Source of the DNA: Octopus vulgaris
Taxonomy: Eukaryota
Reading direction: 5' to 3'
Length of the DNA stretch: 64,000 nt
Assembly: GCA_951406725.2 (NCBI GenBank)
Contig: OX597824.1
Span: 59,892,001-59,956,000, forward strand
The notes beneath the pieces are model-generated. The model was not told the origin of the DNA. It worked only from the letters and a program-made list of their open reading frames with translations, and searched no databases. Position numbers and translations under genes: made by a program. Positions 24,236 to 36,514 of the stretch are shown piece by piece; positions within the stretch are counted from its first letter, which is position 1, and each line of letters opens with the position of its first letter.

Positions 24236-25597
24236 AGTACGTAGTAGGCGGTCAGAGATAGTCATTTTATTTACTGGTTTTACTAAGTATATTGTATACT
24301 GAAGTAAGCGTTATAACAATCCAATATTCTAAGGACTATAACAAAGTGGTAGCATTTGACTTCATCGGAACCACACAAAGCTACGCCATTTCCACCGAAG
24401 CTTTTCGGAGAGAACATCTATCACGTACAATTTCCAATGATATCGCTGAATTTAGATCTGGTAAGGTGCTGATAAATTTTAATCAAATTTAAGCGAAATA
24501 GGGCAGCTAGAGGATTTACAGACTGATTGTGAAAAACCACAAGTATCTGAGGGGAGCCACACAAATTTTAATTCATACACGTACGATCACGATCATAATC
24601 TGTATATTTACTCTTTTAGCTAATTTCATCAGTATCTATACTAAACATGAAAATACTTGCATATTCCTTATCTTATTTAATCTGTTTTTATCTGGTTGCC
24701 TTTTCCACTTTAAAAAGCTTAAGAGTCACTAACAACGCTGCAAACAGATATTTTAAAAATTGAGTATGTACCAGTCACAAGGTTTCACGCTGGATAAAGT
24801 GACAATGATAAGAATATGTATTTGCTTTTGTTTTATTTGATGTATTCATTTATTTTCTTTTAACAAATTACACATTTTTAAATTTTAATTTTAGTAAATC
24901 CATTTAGCTTGTTCTAACTACGCATTTGTCTTTACTAAAACTTAATTTTATCTGCGTATATATAGTCGGTATTATAATCTGCAACAAATAACTTTTTATA
25001 TGGTAAATTTATTTTTCTTTCAACTAGTATCGTCTTCGTAGAATCCACTAAAATAATTTATGTGCCGAACGAGGTCACTAGCAAGATATATATAAAAAAA
25101 AGTTTTTGAGTGCCATTGCACTAAATGAAGTCACTGTCTCTCGATGTAGTGCTCTTAGTAGTCATCTGACTTAACATATCTTTAAAATTCTGCAGTTTAA
25201 TGATATAAAACAACGAAAAGGCAAACTTACCAAAATATCATGAATGTTAAATATAGCGAGTGCTGCTTCAGTGAGAGTGTTTGGTTTATCGGTAGGTGCT
25301 TAGTAATGTTGGCTTAACTACAACCGAAATCAAAATATGCATAAACACGTCGAAATATCACTAGTCACCGAGATTTAATACAGCACTAGAAGCTCAGTTA
25401 CGAATGCGCGGCACATTCATCAATGAATATACACAGAACATATGATATATTAATTTATTCACATGCAAAAACACGTGATATTTATATATGCAAAATTATT
25501 CAAAGGCAAGAAAAATGGCTATCGTTAATGAAGTCTTAATGCTCATTAAAAAGAAAGGCAGCGGGCTGGCAGAATTGTTATTGTACCGGGCAAAATA

Positions 25598-27540
25598 CAC
25601 TGTGCAACACTCAAAAAAGTGCAAGAGATCTGTGGCCATTTTTATATGCAAAATGACATGGGAAATCCATTTCTAGCCTTCTTTTTGTTGAATTAAACAT
25701 GGTTTCTACAGAATTGTCACTATATATACCCTTTTTGTCATTATTATTAAATAAAATTCTCTACCGCATTGTAAAATGGGTTTCAACCCAGGGCTAGAGG
25801 CCAATCTTAGTAACATCTATAATGTGATTCAAAGCTTGTATTTAATGTTATTTTTTATCTTTCAGATCTTATTTGTTTTCAACAATGAATGCAAGACAGT
25901 GCAAAAATGATCCAAACAGATTCTGTTATATCTGTGGGGAATTGACTTTTGCTAAAGAAAAGCGCAGTATTACACGCCATATCAAGAAAATATACAAGGT
26001 GTACTTCGATTGTTACTTAGGAAACCAGGATAAGTCATGGGCTCCTCGTGTGTTGCTTTACATGTGTGAAAACATTGAGTGCCTGGTATGCAGGAAAAAA
26101 TGTTCACATGAAGTTTGGTGTGCCAATCATTTGGCGTGAGCAGAAAAATCACTCTAATGATTGCTATTTCTGTCAGCATGACCTTACAGGCTGTACTACA
26201 GAAAAGAAAAAGAAACACATTATTTACCCAAATTTGCAATCAGCAATGTGCCCAGTAGAGTGCTCAGAAAATTTACCTGTGCCCAAACCTCCAGATCAAG
26301 AAATGCAGAGTTCCAGCAGTGCTGATGAACATTCCAGTGATGAATGTGTGGAGTCCAATGACCCAGAAAGCGAGAATAAACCAATACCATTTTCTCAAGA
26401 GGATCTAAATGACTTGTGCAGGGATTTCTATTTAACCAAAGAGAAAAGTGAGTTTCTGGCATCAAGGCTTCAAGAACGTAATCTTCTTGAGAAAGGAGCG
26501 AAGATAACACTGTACAGAAAACGTACAGAGGATCTGCTTGCATTATTCACCATGAAAAATGACTTATGCTTTTGTAATGACATCACTGAACTTTTTGAGC
26601 AACTAGAAATACCATATGATAAAACCAACTAGCGACTTTTCATAGATGCATCCAAAGACAGTATCAAAGCTGTTCTGTTACACAATGGTAACACTCTGCC
26701 TTCTGTTCCCATAGCTTATAGCACAACCATGAAAGATTCATAAGAAAATCTGAAAGCAATTCTAACAAGCATACAGTATGATGACCATACCTGGCACATT
26801 TGTGCAGATTTAAGGTTATGGCCATGCTTACTGGCCTTCAGTTTGGCTTTACTAAATTTTGCTGCTTCTTGTGCTTATGGAATTCCAGAGCAAGAGCTAA
26901 ACATTATATACGCAAGGATAGGCCGATCCGAGATGAAATTGAGCAAGGAAAACACATCATGCACAAACCACTTGTGAAAAGTGATAGATTTGTTTTTACC
27001 ACCTTTGCATATTAAACTTGGTTTGTTTAAGCAATTTGTGAAAGCCTTGGACAAGGAATCCTCCGCATTTGCATATCTTGCAGAAAAGTTCCCTTCCCTG
27101 AGTCACACTAAAATTAAAGAAGGTTTCTTCATAGGTCCCCAAATTCGAAAAATTGTACTTGATGAAACCTTCATCACACATCTCAAGAGAAAAGAGAAGC
27201 TTGCCTTTGAGTCATTCAAGAAAGTTTGCGATAACTCCCTAGGCAACCATCGTTCAAAAGACTATGTGCAAGCTGTGAATGATCTGCTGAGTCATTATCA
27301 TGATATGGGATATAACATGTCTCTAAAAGTTCGTGTGCTTCACTCTCATTTGGAATTTTTGCGGAAAATCTCGGTGATGTGAGTGATGAACATGGCGAAA
27401 GATTCCATCGGGGTATTTCAGTGATGGAACAACGATTCAAAGGAAAATGGAACCCTGGCATGTTGGCAGACTACTGCTGGGGTATAAAAAAAGAAGATGA
27501 CACTCTGCACAAGAGGCTTAGAAGGACAAAAGTTGTTTAA
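25598..27540 (+). mobile_element. Chapaev3-like (CMC superfamily) DNA transposon with a decayed transposase (25885-27540)
   Basis: CKNDPNRFCYICG, NQDKSWAP, WREQKNHSNDCYFC, FIDASKDSIKAVLLHNGN, LPPLHIKLGL, SDEHGERFH and MLADYCW across frameshifts and stops. Left end CACTGTGCAAC at 25598. The family name is from memory. Confidence 0.75.
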
Positions 27541-27571
27541 ACTGTCATGTGTATTTTTAATTCATAACCAA

Positions 27572-28362
27572 CTAGCAGTATTGCCCGGCTCGTGCGCTCG
27601 TGCGTTCTATGCACGCGCGAATTAAGCTAAATTTGGATGAAGTTCAATCAAAATTCAATTATTTTGGTTTTAAAATCAAGCATTTAATGCCCTCTATTTT
27701 TGTGCTTATGTGTTCCATTTCCTCAATAGGAAGTACGTAGAAGCGTTTCATAAATTTTTGTTGATCAAATAATTGCATTGTTGAATTATTCTTTTAGATC
27801 AGTATTTCTCAACTGGGATTCGGGGGAGAGTTTCAGGGAGTCGCTGCTAAAATTTGGTTAAAGTGATTCAAACTGCAGACTCAACGCAAAATGGTCACAT
27901 TTAATTCAAAGCGTTAAAAATGTTATGAAAACAATTGGTATGTGTTCAGAAAGTCCAAACGATTAATACGAAAAAACCCTCCAGGCAACATCCCGAAAAT
28001 TCATATCTTTGCCGAATTTCTACAATGTTTACGGCGATTCGTTTTTATATCTTGATTTTTTTATTTTTCATGCAATTTACGCATGCTTGCATGCGTGGTG
28101 AATACAGTTCAGGTCAGACAGCTGACTGAGTAAAGTTCACTATTCAATGCATGGGATAAGGCCTAAACAAACACATTATCGATTTTTGCACATGCGAGAT
28201 GAATTTCGGAACAGAAATAGCGCAGTTCAATTTTCATTCGCCTAAACTTTAAGTGACCCATTTTTGGTGGTTCTACGATTGGTTGGCTAGGAGGAGATGT
28301 GCCGGGAAGTTAAACACACAGACACATACACAGACACATAAGTTGAGTTTTATATATATAGA
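27572..28362 (-). mobile_element. Non-autonomous Helitron
   Basis: Minus strand 5'-TCTATATATA...GCCGGGCAATACTGCTAG-3', inserted between A and T. Confidence 0.65.
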
Positions 28363-29019
28363 TATATGTTTTGTTATACCAACTAAATTTTTGTTTTGTT
28401 TTTGTAACTTTCAGTATTTGCAATGTTCCTAACATTAAAAAATCTGGAAGGTATGACCTTTATCTCTTAGAAAATTATCATTTCTAGCAAAAGCAAAGGA
28501 AAATTTGTGAAGAAGTATAGTCGATACCATCGTCCCCAGTTCTTGACTAGTACTTTATTTTATCGACCTGGAAAGAATAAAATACAAGATCGAATTCGAG
28601 TGATTTGAAATCAGAATGTAAAGGGCTGTAAGAAGTACTACAACGCAATTTGTCCAACTCTTTAATGATTCTGCTGTTGCAAATTAAGAACGAAAAATGG
28701 GAATGAGGTTTAACCCGATAGATTTTTATGTATTAGAAATAAGAAAAAAAATTCTGTAATTCATTAAACTCTAGGACTGCGCTAACAATGATTATCTCCC
28801 TTGCTTTTGCATGTTTTACAAATGAAGACAGAAATACCGTATATACTCGTGTAAAAGTCGAATTTTTAGACCACTTTTAAGGTCAAATGTATGGGGTGGA
28901 CTATTACATAGATACTAGTTTTGAGGGGCTGAAATTCAAGCTAGCATCCGAAGTACCGTAACAACAGCAGAAGCCCACTCTGATCGTTAAGCGAATAAAA
29001 ACAATGAATTACAATAATA

Positions 29020-29390
29020 TTCTCTTCTACTCTAAACACAGGGCCTGAAACTTTGTGGGGAGGAGCCAGTTGATTAGATCGACACCATTACGTAACTGGT
29101 ACTTAATTTATCGACCCTGAAAGGATGAAAAGCAAAGTCGACCTCGGCGGAATTTGAACTCAGAGCATAAGGACAGACAAGGGGCTAAACACAGAAGGGA
29201 CAAACAAAGACAGACATAGGTATTAAGTCGATTACATCGACCCCAGTGCGTAACTGGTACTTAATTTATCGACCCCGAAAGGATGAAAGGCAAAGTCGAC
29301 CTCGGCGGAATTTGAACTCACAACGTAACGCAGACGAAATACCGCTGAGCATTTCGCCCGGCGTGCTAACGTTTCTGCCAGCTCGCCGCT
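29020..29390 (-). mobile_element. tRNA-derived SINE(s), partially duplicated
   Basis: Two copies of ACTGGTACTTAATTTATCGACCC..AAAGGATGAAA..CAAAGTCGACCTCGGCGGAATTTGAACTC. The same family recurs at ~7510-7690, 19470-19790, 28530-28670, 39600-39870 and 42440-42545. Confidence 0.7.
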
Positions 29391-29465
29391 TTGCAATGAA
29401 TTACAGTAATATTACCAATTCTATGCATCAAAACACACGTCCCAGTAAATAACAAAGCCAATACA

Positions 29466-30636
29466 GGTACTAGTCGCGTAGACTGGACCCGGTGCGCGCA
29501 CACGCGCATCCGCGCATCCGCACTAGCCAGTCGTAAGTCGATCCTACAGCAACTTGCGTATGCAAATGAGCTGATTGGCGCAACACTGCAAAAACTAAGT
29601 TAATAGCGAGCCCCTACTGAAGCTTAGGAAATATTTTTCAACGATATACGGTGAATATTATTTTAAAGACAATTGCGTTTTTTTTTTTTTCGTTACAAAA
29701 CAATTAGAAGCATTGAAAAACATTTTTTTTTCAAAGTAGACCACTACAGGCGACAATTCACTTGTGTTTACTTTGAATAGCTACGGCAAACTGCAGCATG
29801 AACATTCAAAAAAAAGTTTTAAAAAATTGGCTTAACCCCTCCCCAACAAGGTAATTTTACTGTAGGCTTCAACAGAAAAATCGGTTACTGGTGACAAGCC
29901 AACAACGTGGGGTCAGAATTTAGTTGCCTCGTATGAAATGGTTCACTGCGTTAACTTATGAGGCTCCTGTCAACGATCAAGTCTCTTCAATGTAAACTTA
30001 TAGTAACCAAATTTCCCCCACGTAGAAATAAAACATTTCTATGAAGTAAAGGGTTACTTTACGTCTGGTTAAAAATAAACTCCTTTGATCAGGTCTGCAC
30101 GACTAGGGCAGTCTTGGGACTGGGAACTGTTCAGCTGAAGTTAAAGACGAGAGTTCAGTTGGGTCTTTGGAGAATCTGAAAACAAGGAGCAAACACAGAC
30201 CTTGTACAACTTCGGTCAAGAGATATCTTCCACCCAGCTGCTAGAAATAGCAGCCGAATTTTTTTTTTAAAGTCAAACTGAACAATGCAGTATTGGATTT
30301 ACAACAAAGCGGGATGGCCACGACCAAAATGTCTAATAATTTAGGGTTGGTCAGGGGTTAAATTCCAGTTGAAAGAGAACGAGCATAGCTGAATGGTTAA
30401 CGAATTTTGCCGTAGCTATTCAAAGTAAACAAGTGAATTGTCGCCAGTAGTGGTCTACTTTGAAAGAAAAAAAATGTTTGACTGTCCTTAAGGTTATTTT
30501 GCTTTTTTTTTTTCAATGCAAGTCGCTGTAGGATCGACTACCTACGACTGGCTAGCGCGGATGCGCGGATGCGCGGATGTGCGGATGCGCGGATGCGCGG
30601 ATGCGCGCACCGGGTCCAGTCTACGCGACTAGTACT
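29466..30636. mobile_element. Mutator-like (MULE) non-autonomous element with long TIRs
   Basis: 9-bp TSD GCCAATACA (29457-29465 and 30637-30645). TIRs are GTACTAGTCGCGTAGACTGGACCCGGTGCGCGC.. and its reverse complement, with a further inverted block at ~29730-29790 / 30405-30465. Confidence 0.8.
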
Positions 30637-30753
30637 GCCAATACATAGCCCGCGTAGCTCTTATAAATATTTATACTTTCTCTTTTATTCGTATCCATCA
30701 AACTTAATAGACTAGCTGAGTGAATTCAGTTTATTTCTCATAATTATGTTATA

Positions 30754-31144
30754 CTAGCAGTATCGCCCGGCATTGCTCGGGTTTGTTTCGACCCGCTGGA
30801 ATTGGAATTTTTGAAAAGTAAAAATTTTGCTTTATGTAGCTTGTTATTCTCTTCAAGTGAACATTTTTCTGGTTGAAATACACCGAAAAGTGGCGACATA
30901 GCAGTGAAAAAATCGTAAAAAATAGGGATTTTCATAGAAAAAAGCACGTTTTTTATGTAAATAATTTTTGGTGTTAACATGGTCCGATTTGAATTTTATC
31001 TTCTACGGAAGGAAGAGCAACCCTTCTTCTATCATACTCTCAATTTTGGTCAACTTGCGCTGCAGGGTCTCAGAGGAGATAGTGTTAGTTGAAGGCTACC
31101 AAACCTGCCGCACACAGACAACTTCAGCTTTATGTAGAGAGAGA
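30754..31144 (-). mobile_element. Non-autonomous Helitron
   Basis: Minus-strand 3' end CCCGAGCAATGCCGGGCGATACTGCTAG (hairpin + CTAG); 5' TC. Confidence 0.65.
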
Positions 31145-31164
31145 TAACACACACACATTAATAC

Positions 31165-31207
<43 letters not shown>

Positions 31208-32779
31208 TGTATGGATGTATGTATGTAAGTATGTACATCTGTCCACTTCTTGCCATATTTTTATCCTTCACTTCCGACACACACACACACACACACTCAC
31301 ACACACGCACACACACGCACGCACACATACACACACACACCTTCTTAGCTTACAATTTCTTTCTTTCAACAATTGACAACTGAAGTACGCTCGCCAATGA
31401 ATACTACAAAAAAGTTAGCGACAGATCTCTGTTTCCTTTTTTTTGAGGATTGGTTTAAGCATTAATAAGAGAAAGTAGCAGAATGTGTGATGTTGAATAA
31501 GAGTTGCAGAAAGAGGATATGATAGTGGTATACACTTGCAAAGAGAAAGTAGGAGAAAGTGTGGTAATAGCAGGAGTAAAGCATTTGAAATGAGAGAGGC
31601 AAATCGTAAAATATTGAGTTTTCTCGAATTTTTGCTTAATTGGGGGTGAAATTGAAAAAAATGTATATGCCATGACCCAATCGAATCTACTTCGAAAAAT
31701 CATAGGTAAATTCCAATTGAAGAAGTTCTATATTGTACAATTGTATTAAAAACAAACTATGTCAGAGGCAGAGAAAATCTGCCTTTAATCATAAGAGATT
31801 ATCACCGATAACATATCTAGCCGGTACCAACATGCCACTACCTGCCGCAATACGGTGCATACAGCTGATACTTACTAGGCTTGTTTCACATAACTCTTCA
31901 ATAACATTACACTATTTTCCTATTCATGGTTAAAGTCATCACACGTGTATTATGGCACAGTATATTTGGAGTGCATTTTTATTTCTAATTAATTAAATGC
32001 AACTTAATGTTTTAAATACCAAAATTGATAAAAGAAGTAGTAGCAGAACACCACTTTCCACCACTAACAGTCTCCACCGAAAACGTTTTCTTCTTCGTGG
32101 CTGGATTAGAGACTACCATACTAATTTCTTTGTTGCGCTTTTATTTTTTTATAAGTTCAGTAAAGCTTAATGCCCAAAACATAAAACAAATATAAAAAAT
32201 GATTAATAATGTCAATAAAAACCAATAGATTATCAACTTTTTATTTATGCAAACAAAAAGTGAAGTAGAAATTTACGGTAATACAGCTTTACGGTACTAC
32301 ATCTTAAACATTTTACACACAAAAGTTCATCAAAATCAAAACAACCACACTGTTCATCATCTTCAGCACTGAATAAAGCCTCATAATCATCAGGATGAAT
32401 GATATCATCATAAGTATTCTCTTCATCTTCTGTGGGAATGAGATGAGCCAGAAGGAAAGGGCTGTGACATCAACGGTGAAGGGGCTTGACCGGGACAGGA
32501 AGGGCGAAAGAGGAAGTGAGGGAAGGAAGACACACACATAAGGATAAGCATATTAAAAGGGGTCCGTGGGAAATCTCATCCTCTTTTACCTTGGGTGCTC
32601 AAGACGAATGGACGTAAGGCGAGCAAGCTGATAGGGATAGGTACTAGCAACTGCTATCGTTAGGTACGCGGGCTGGGCGCAAGTTTTGGATCGAGTACAG
32701 TTGGACGGCAAAACGATGAGAAGGTAGGCGAATTGTTTCTTATTTCCCCGCATTACAGTTCCCTCGCACAACATCATCT

Positions 32780-33446
32780 TCGTTGTCCATAGCTAGAGGT
32801 AGCACATTATCCACTTCTTCGTTATCCATGTCATCCCATAAACAATCGTCTTCTGTACCATCTAACGCATTCGAAATTTCACATTTCTTGAATGATTTGA
32901 CAATAGTTTCAACTTTTATTTCCTTTCACGAATCAACGATCCATTCACAGACCAGAGGCAGTGATGGAGCCCGCGTACTACCTCCTTTCGTGTACGTTTT
33001 TTCTCCATTACACATCCAGTTAATCCACTTGATCCTCATCATGTTCTTAATTGGCTTATTGATGCTAACGTCTAATGGTTACAAAATACTTGTAAGTCTG
33101 CCGAGAATCACAGCTGTATCAGTATTTTGTGACTGGAGGCTATCAACAACATTCTTCACTAGATGTACTCTAAAAACTGATCCCACATGAGCAAACTCTT
33201 TTCCTTTCGTAGTCCACCAGGTCGTAAATGCCAAACTTCCTTTATCCATTTTGTACATCCACCTTCATCCATCCATCTTGGAAGATGCATATGGATGACA
33301 ATTCCTTTTGGAAATTTCTCCTTCGACACAGTTTTATCTTAAAAAAAACAACAACCATCGGTTTTAATTTAGTACCATCAGCCATACATGAAAGAACTAA
33401 AGTAACCTTACTTTTCTCGTAGCCAGTGGTTCTCATTAATACTGGA

Positions 33447-33447
<1 letters not shown>
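32780..33447 (-). pseudogene. pogo-type DDE transposase remnant
   Basis: TTGYEKSKVTLVLSCMADGTKLKPMVV, WMDE, PLDVSINKPIK and IVKSFKKCEISNALDGTEDD across frameshifts. Confidence 0.8.
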
Positions 33448-33508
<61 letters not shown>

Positions 33509-33919
33509 TGTGCATATATATATACATATATATGAATTATTTTGTTTTAAAAAATTATTTACCTTGTGTAAAAAAATCATTTATTTTGTGTTTTATTAAT
33601 TTTGCTTGGTAGTCGTTGTAGGATCGACTAGTCACGACTAGCTAGCGCGGATGCGCGAGTGCGCGCACCGGGACCACTCTTCTTAAATAGTACCATATAT
33701 ATATATATATATGGTATTTCGATATGACGCGACAAAATCAAAATGTGCCTCTGTCAAAGTAATTGTATGTTTAATTGCAGTAAAAAGCGTGAGATTATTC
33801 TATCTACACGCATGGTTTTCTGTTTCCTAATCTAAGCGAAATAATTTATGATTTATCTTTTTTTAGCCTTTTTAAAATTTATTTATCTATTTCTTTTTTT
33901 CTTTTTTTTTTTTAGCGGT

Positions 33920-34560
33920 ATCGAATCGGTGGTAAGATATTGTGTCTCCATCTAGTAGACCTTGTTGTGCTCTGTACTGATGTCTGGGATGTTGTGCGTG
34001 ATGTCGAGGTGTTGTTGTGTTGCTGATGAGTGATTGGTGTCTGTTGAGGTGATGACTCTCTGGAAGCACGCATTCTGTATGTGCCGTAATCTGCTGTGGG
34101 TGTTGTAGTTCTTGTGGGCCCCGTTACGTCTCAGCTGCTTACTAGATTCAGTCTCTATAATGTATGATCTTGGGGTTTCGGCTCTACTGACTACCTGTGC
34201 TGGGATCCAAGTTTTGGTTATGGGATCTTGAGCATGCACGTGGTGTCCTCCAAATATCTCAGGTAAGTATTGTGCATATTTGTTTTAATATTTCTGTCCT
34301 TGCTCTTGAGTGGCTGTTAGCTTTGCCCTTGTCTCTTCCTGGTCAAAGGAGGCTGGATCTTTGTTGGCAGGGTGGTTTTGTATTTCCTGCCACTCAGCAT
34401 TTCTGCTGGGGACTTCATGTCAGCCCTCAATGGTGTTGCTCGTAAGGACAGAAGTGACAGGTGTGGATCTTCCTTAGTTTCCCAGCATTTGACTAGTGTT
34501 TTCTTGACTGACTGTACTTGTTTTTCTATGAATTCATGACCTTTGGGGTATTGTGGCGAT
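33920..34560 (-). mobile_element. Gypsy-type integrase C-terminal remnant
   Basis: SPQYPKGHEFIEKQVQSVKK and QDPITKTWIPAQVVSRAETPRSYIIETESSKQLRRN. Confidence 0.65.
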
Positions 34561-34611
34561 ATTCAGTTTGGCTTTTTGTGTTCTTGTTTTGTTGTAATGG
34601 TACGGTTTTCG

Positions 34612-35010
34612 GGCGGAGGTAAAGAATGTGTGCACCGCCCGTTTTCGATGGAGTTGTTTTTTCAAAAATTTTTTCGGATTTCTAGGTTTTCGATATAGGA
34701 GAATACGATTTTCCCCAAAAATGCCGTTTTCAAAATTGTAATTCCCCCCACCCCCACCCCAACTTCTTAATTTTTAACTTTTTTTTTTTTCGATTTTTTA
34801 AATCCACATAGAAAAATACAGAGATTACGAATCTGGGATTTTTATTTTTTTAACTTCTAATTTTTCTTTAAGAAACACTCAATGCCCTTTCCAAATTTTG
34901 AAAACGTGATTTTTAGGCAAAATCGTATTCTCCTATATCGAAAACATAAAAAATTTTGAAAAAAAAAAACCCACCGAAAACGCGTGGTGTATACATTCTT
35001 TACCTCCGCC
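34612..35010. mobile_element. MITE with GG-starting TIRs (Merlin-like)
   Basis: GGCGGAGGTAAAGAATGT..ACATTCTTTACCTCCGCC. Flanks CGGTTTTCG / CAGTTTTCG give a 9-bp TSD with one mismatch. A related short copy lies at ~40836-40926. Confidence 0.7.
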
Positions 35011-36514
35011 CAGTTTTCGATCGCTGCCGCTATGTTACATCTTCTTTGGTTTGTGTTGGAACAATAAAACAACTTTTTGGAGGCTTTATTATGATTTTGC
35101 GTGTTTATTTACTTAGTATGTTTTTATGTTTAAATTGCCATAGCATTTTAAACTATTTTTCTCTGATAAAAGTAATCGGTTTGACTCCGATATAGTTCCA
35201 TAGATCATTGTAGCTGGGAGGAATCGTTAAATCGAATCTGCATCAAAGCAGAAAGGAATACCAGTGCAAATTATGTTATGCTATGAAACAAGAGCTGTAA
35301 TAAAAAAAAATAGATCAGTATGAAACTTACAGTAATAATATAATGTGAATGCATTTTGGCCTAGGTGCTATCGTATTCATGTTCACTACCAGTTGTCATT
35401 TCGTGGAATGCGTTCGCCACACGATTCTTATAAGGTAAGCAGTGTGTTGTATTCTGTGTATTTATTGTTCCCACAGAAATGGAAATAAAAAGCTGCAGGA
35501 TGTTATGTGCAGTTACCAGTAAATGTCCATAATATGTTGTAGAGTTGTTAATCTGGAGCAGGGATTCCCAAAGTGTGTTCTACAAAACCCAGGTTTCCCT
35601 GAAAGTTATCAGGGCTTCCACGTTTTTAAAAATAATGTCGAAGGATTCCACAGTAAAAAGCAATTTGGGAACCACTGATCTAGCGATTAACTAAATACTT
35701 TTAGACTTACTGAAGTCATGCCTCTGTACGAATTCATACAGTGGTGTTTGCTGTTGTTCGCTGATAGTGTTGTCTGTAAAACACGTTTCTCAACATGTAA
35801 ACAGATGAGCGTATGACGCATGTGTTTATTGTATTTGGAGATGAAAATATAAATGTCGTATGGAAACCACTGATCTAGCGATTAATTGAAGTTTTTAAGT
35901 TTACCAAAGTCATGTCTTTGTACGAATTCAGGCAGTGGCGTTTGCCAGTGTCCGCCAGAAGTGCTGTCTGTGAAACACGTTTCTCATCATGTAAACAACG
36001 AGTGTATGATACATGTGATTATTGTGCTTGGAGATGCATGCAGGCTTGCAGCATATCCTGTGCATACATTTTAGTAATGGTGATGTAGCACCCATCAACA
36101 GATGTGAAGTGCTCGCTATTAAATGGTATTTTACTATAAGCATCAAACATTCCACCTATAGAGCAGGCTACAGTAAGGTATCCACACAATTTTGTAACTG
36201 TTATTTCTACATACAGGATAATATGGTACCTTGACCCACAAATGTTGTCCTGTTGTTCTTGAAATACTAGGGTCGACTTTTATACGGAGTGTATGGAAAA
36301 TTCCCAATGTTTTGACAAAAAAATAGGAGTTCGACTTTTACATGAGATCGACTATTACTCGAGTATACACGGTATATATTCTTGCATGTAAATACCTGAA
36401 ACATCACGTGTTCTGCATACAATTGACTAGATGAAAGTACGACGTATTTTCAAATGGTTTCTTAGCAACTATTCATATATTGATGTAGTACTCTAGGTGA
36501 ATCTAACTTTCACT

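Larger units (their letters stand above)
28837..36372. mobile_element. pogo-like (Tc1/mariner superfamily) TIR pair enclosing nested insertions
   Basis: TA|CCGTATATACTCGTGTAAAAGTCGA at the left and TCGACTATTACTCGAGTATACACGG|TA at the right. A DDE_1-type transposase remnant lies between them. That both ends belong to the same copy is inference. Confidence 0.5.
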
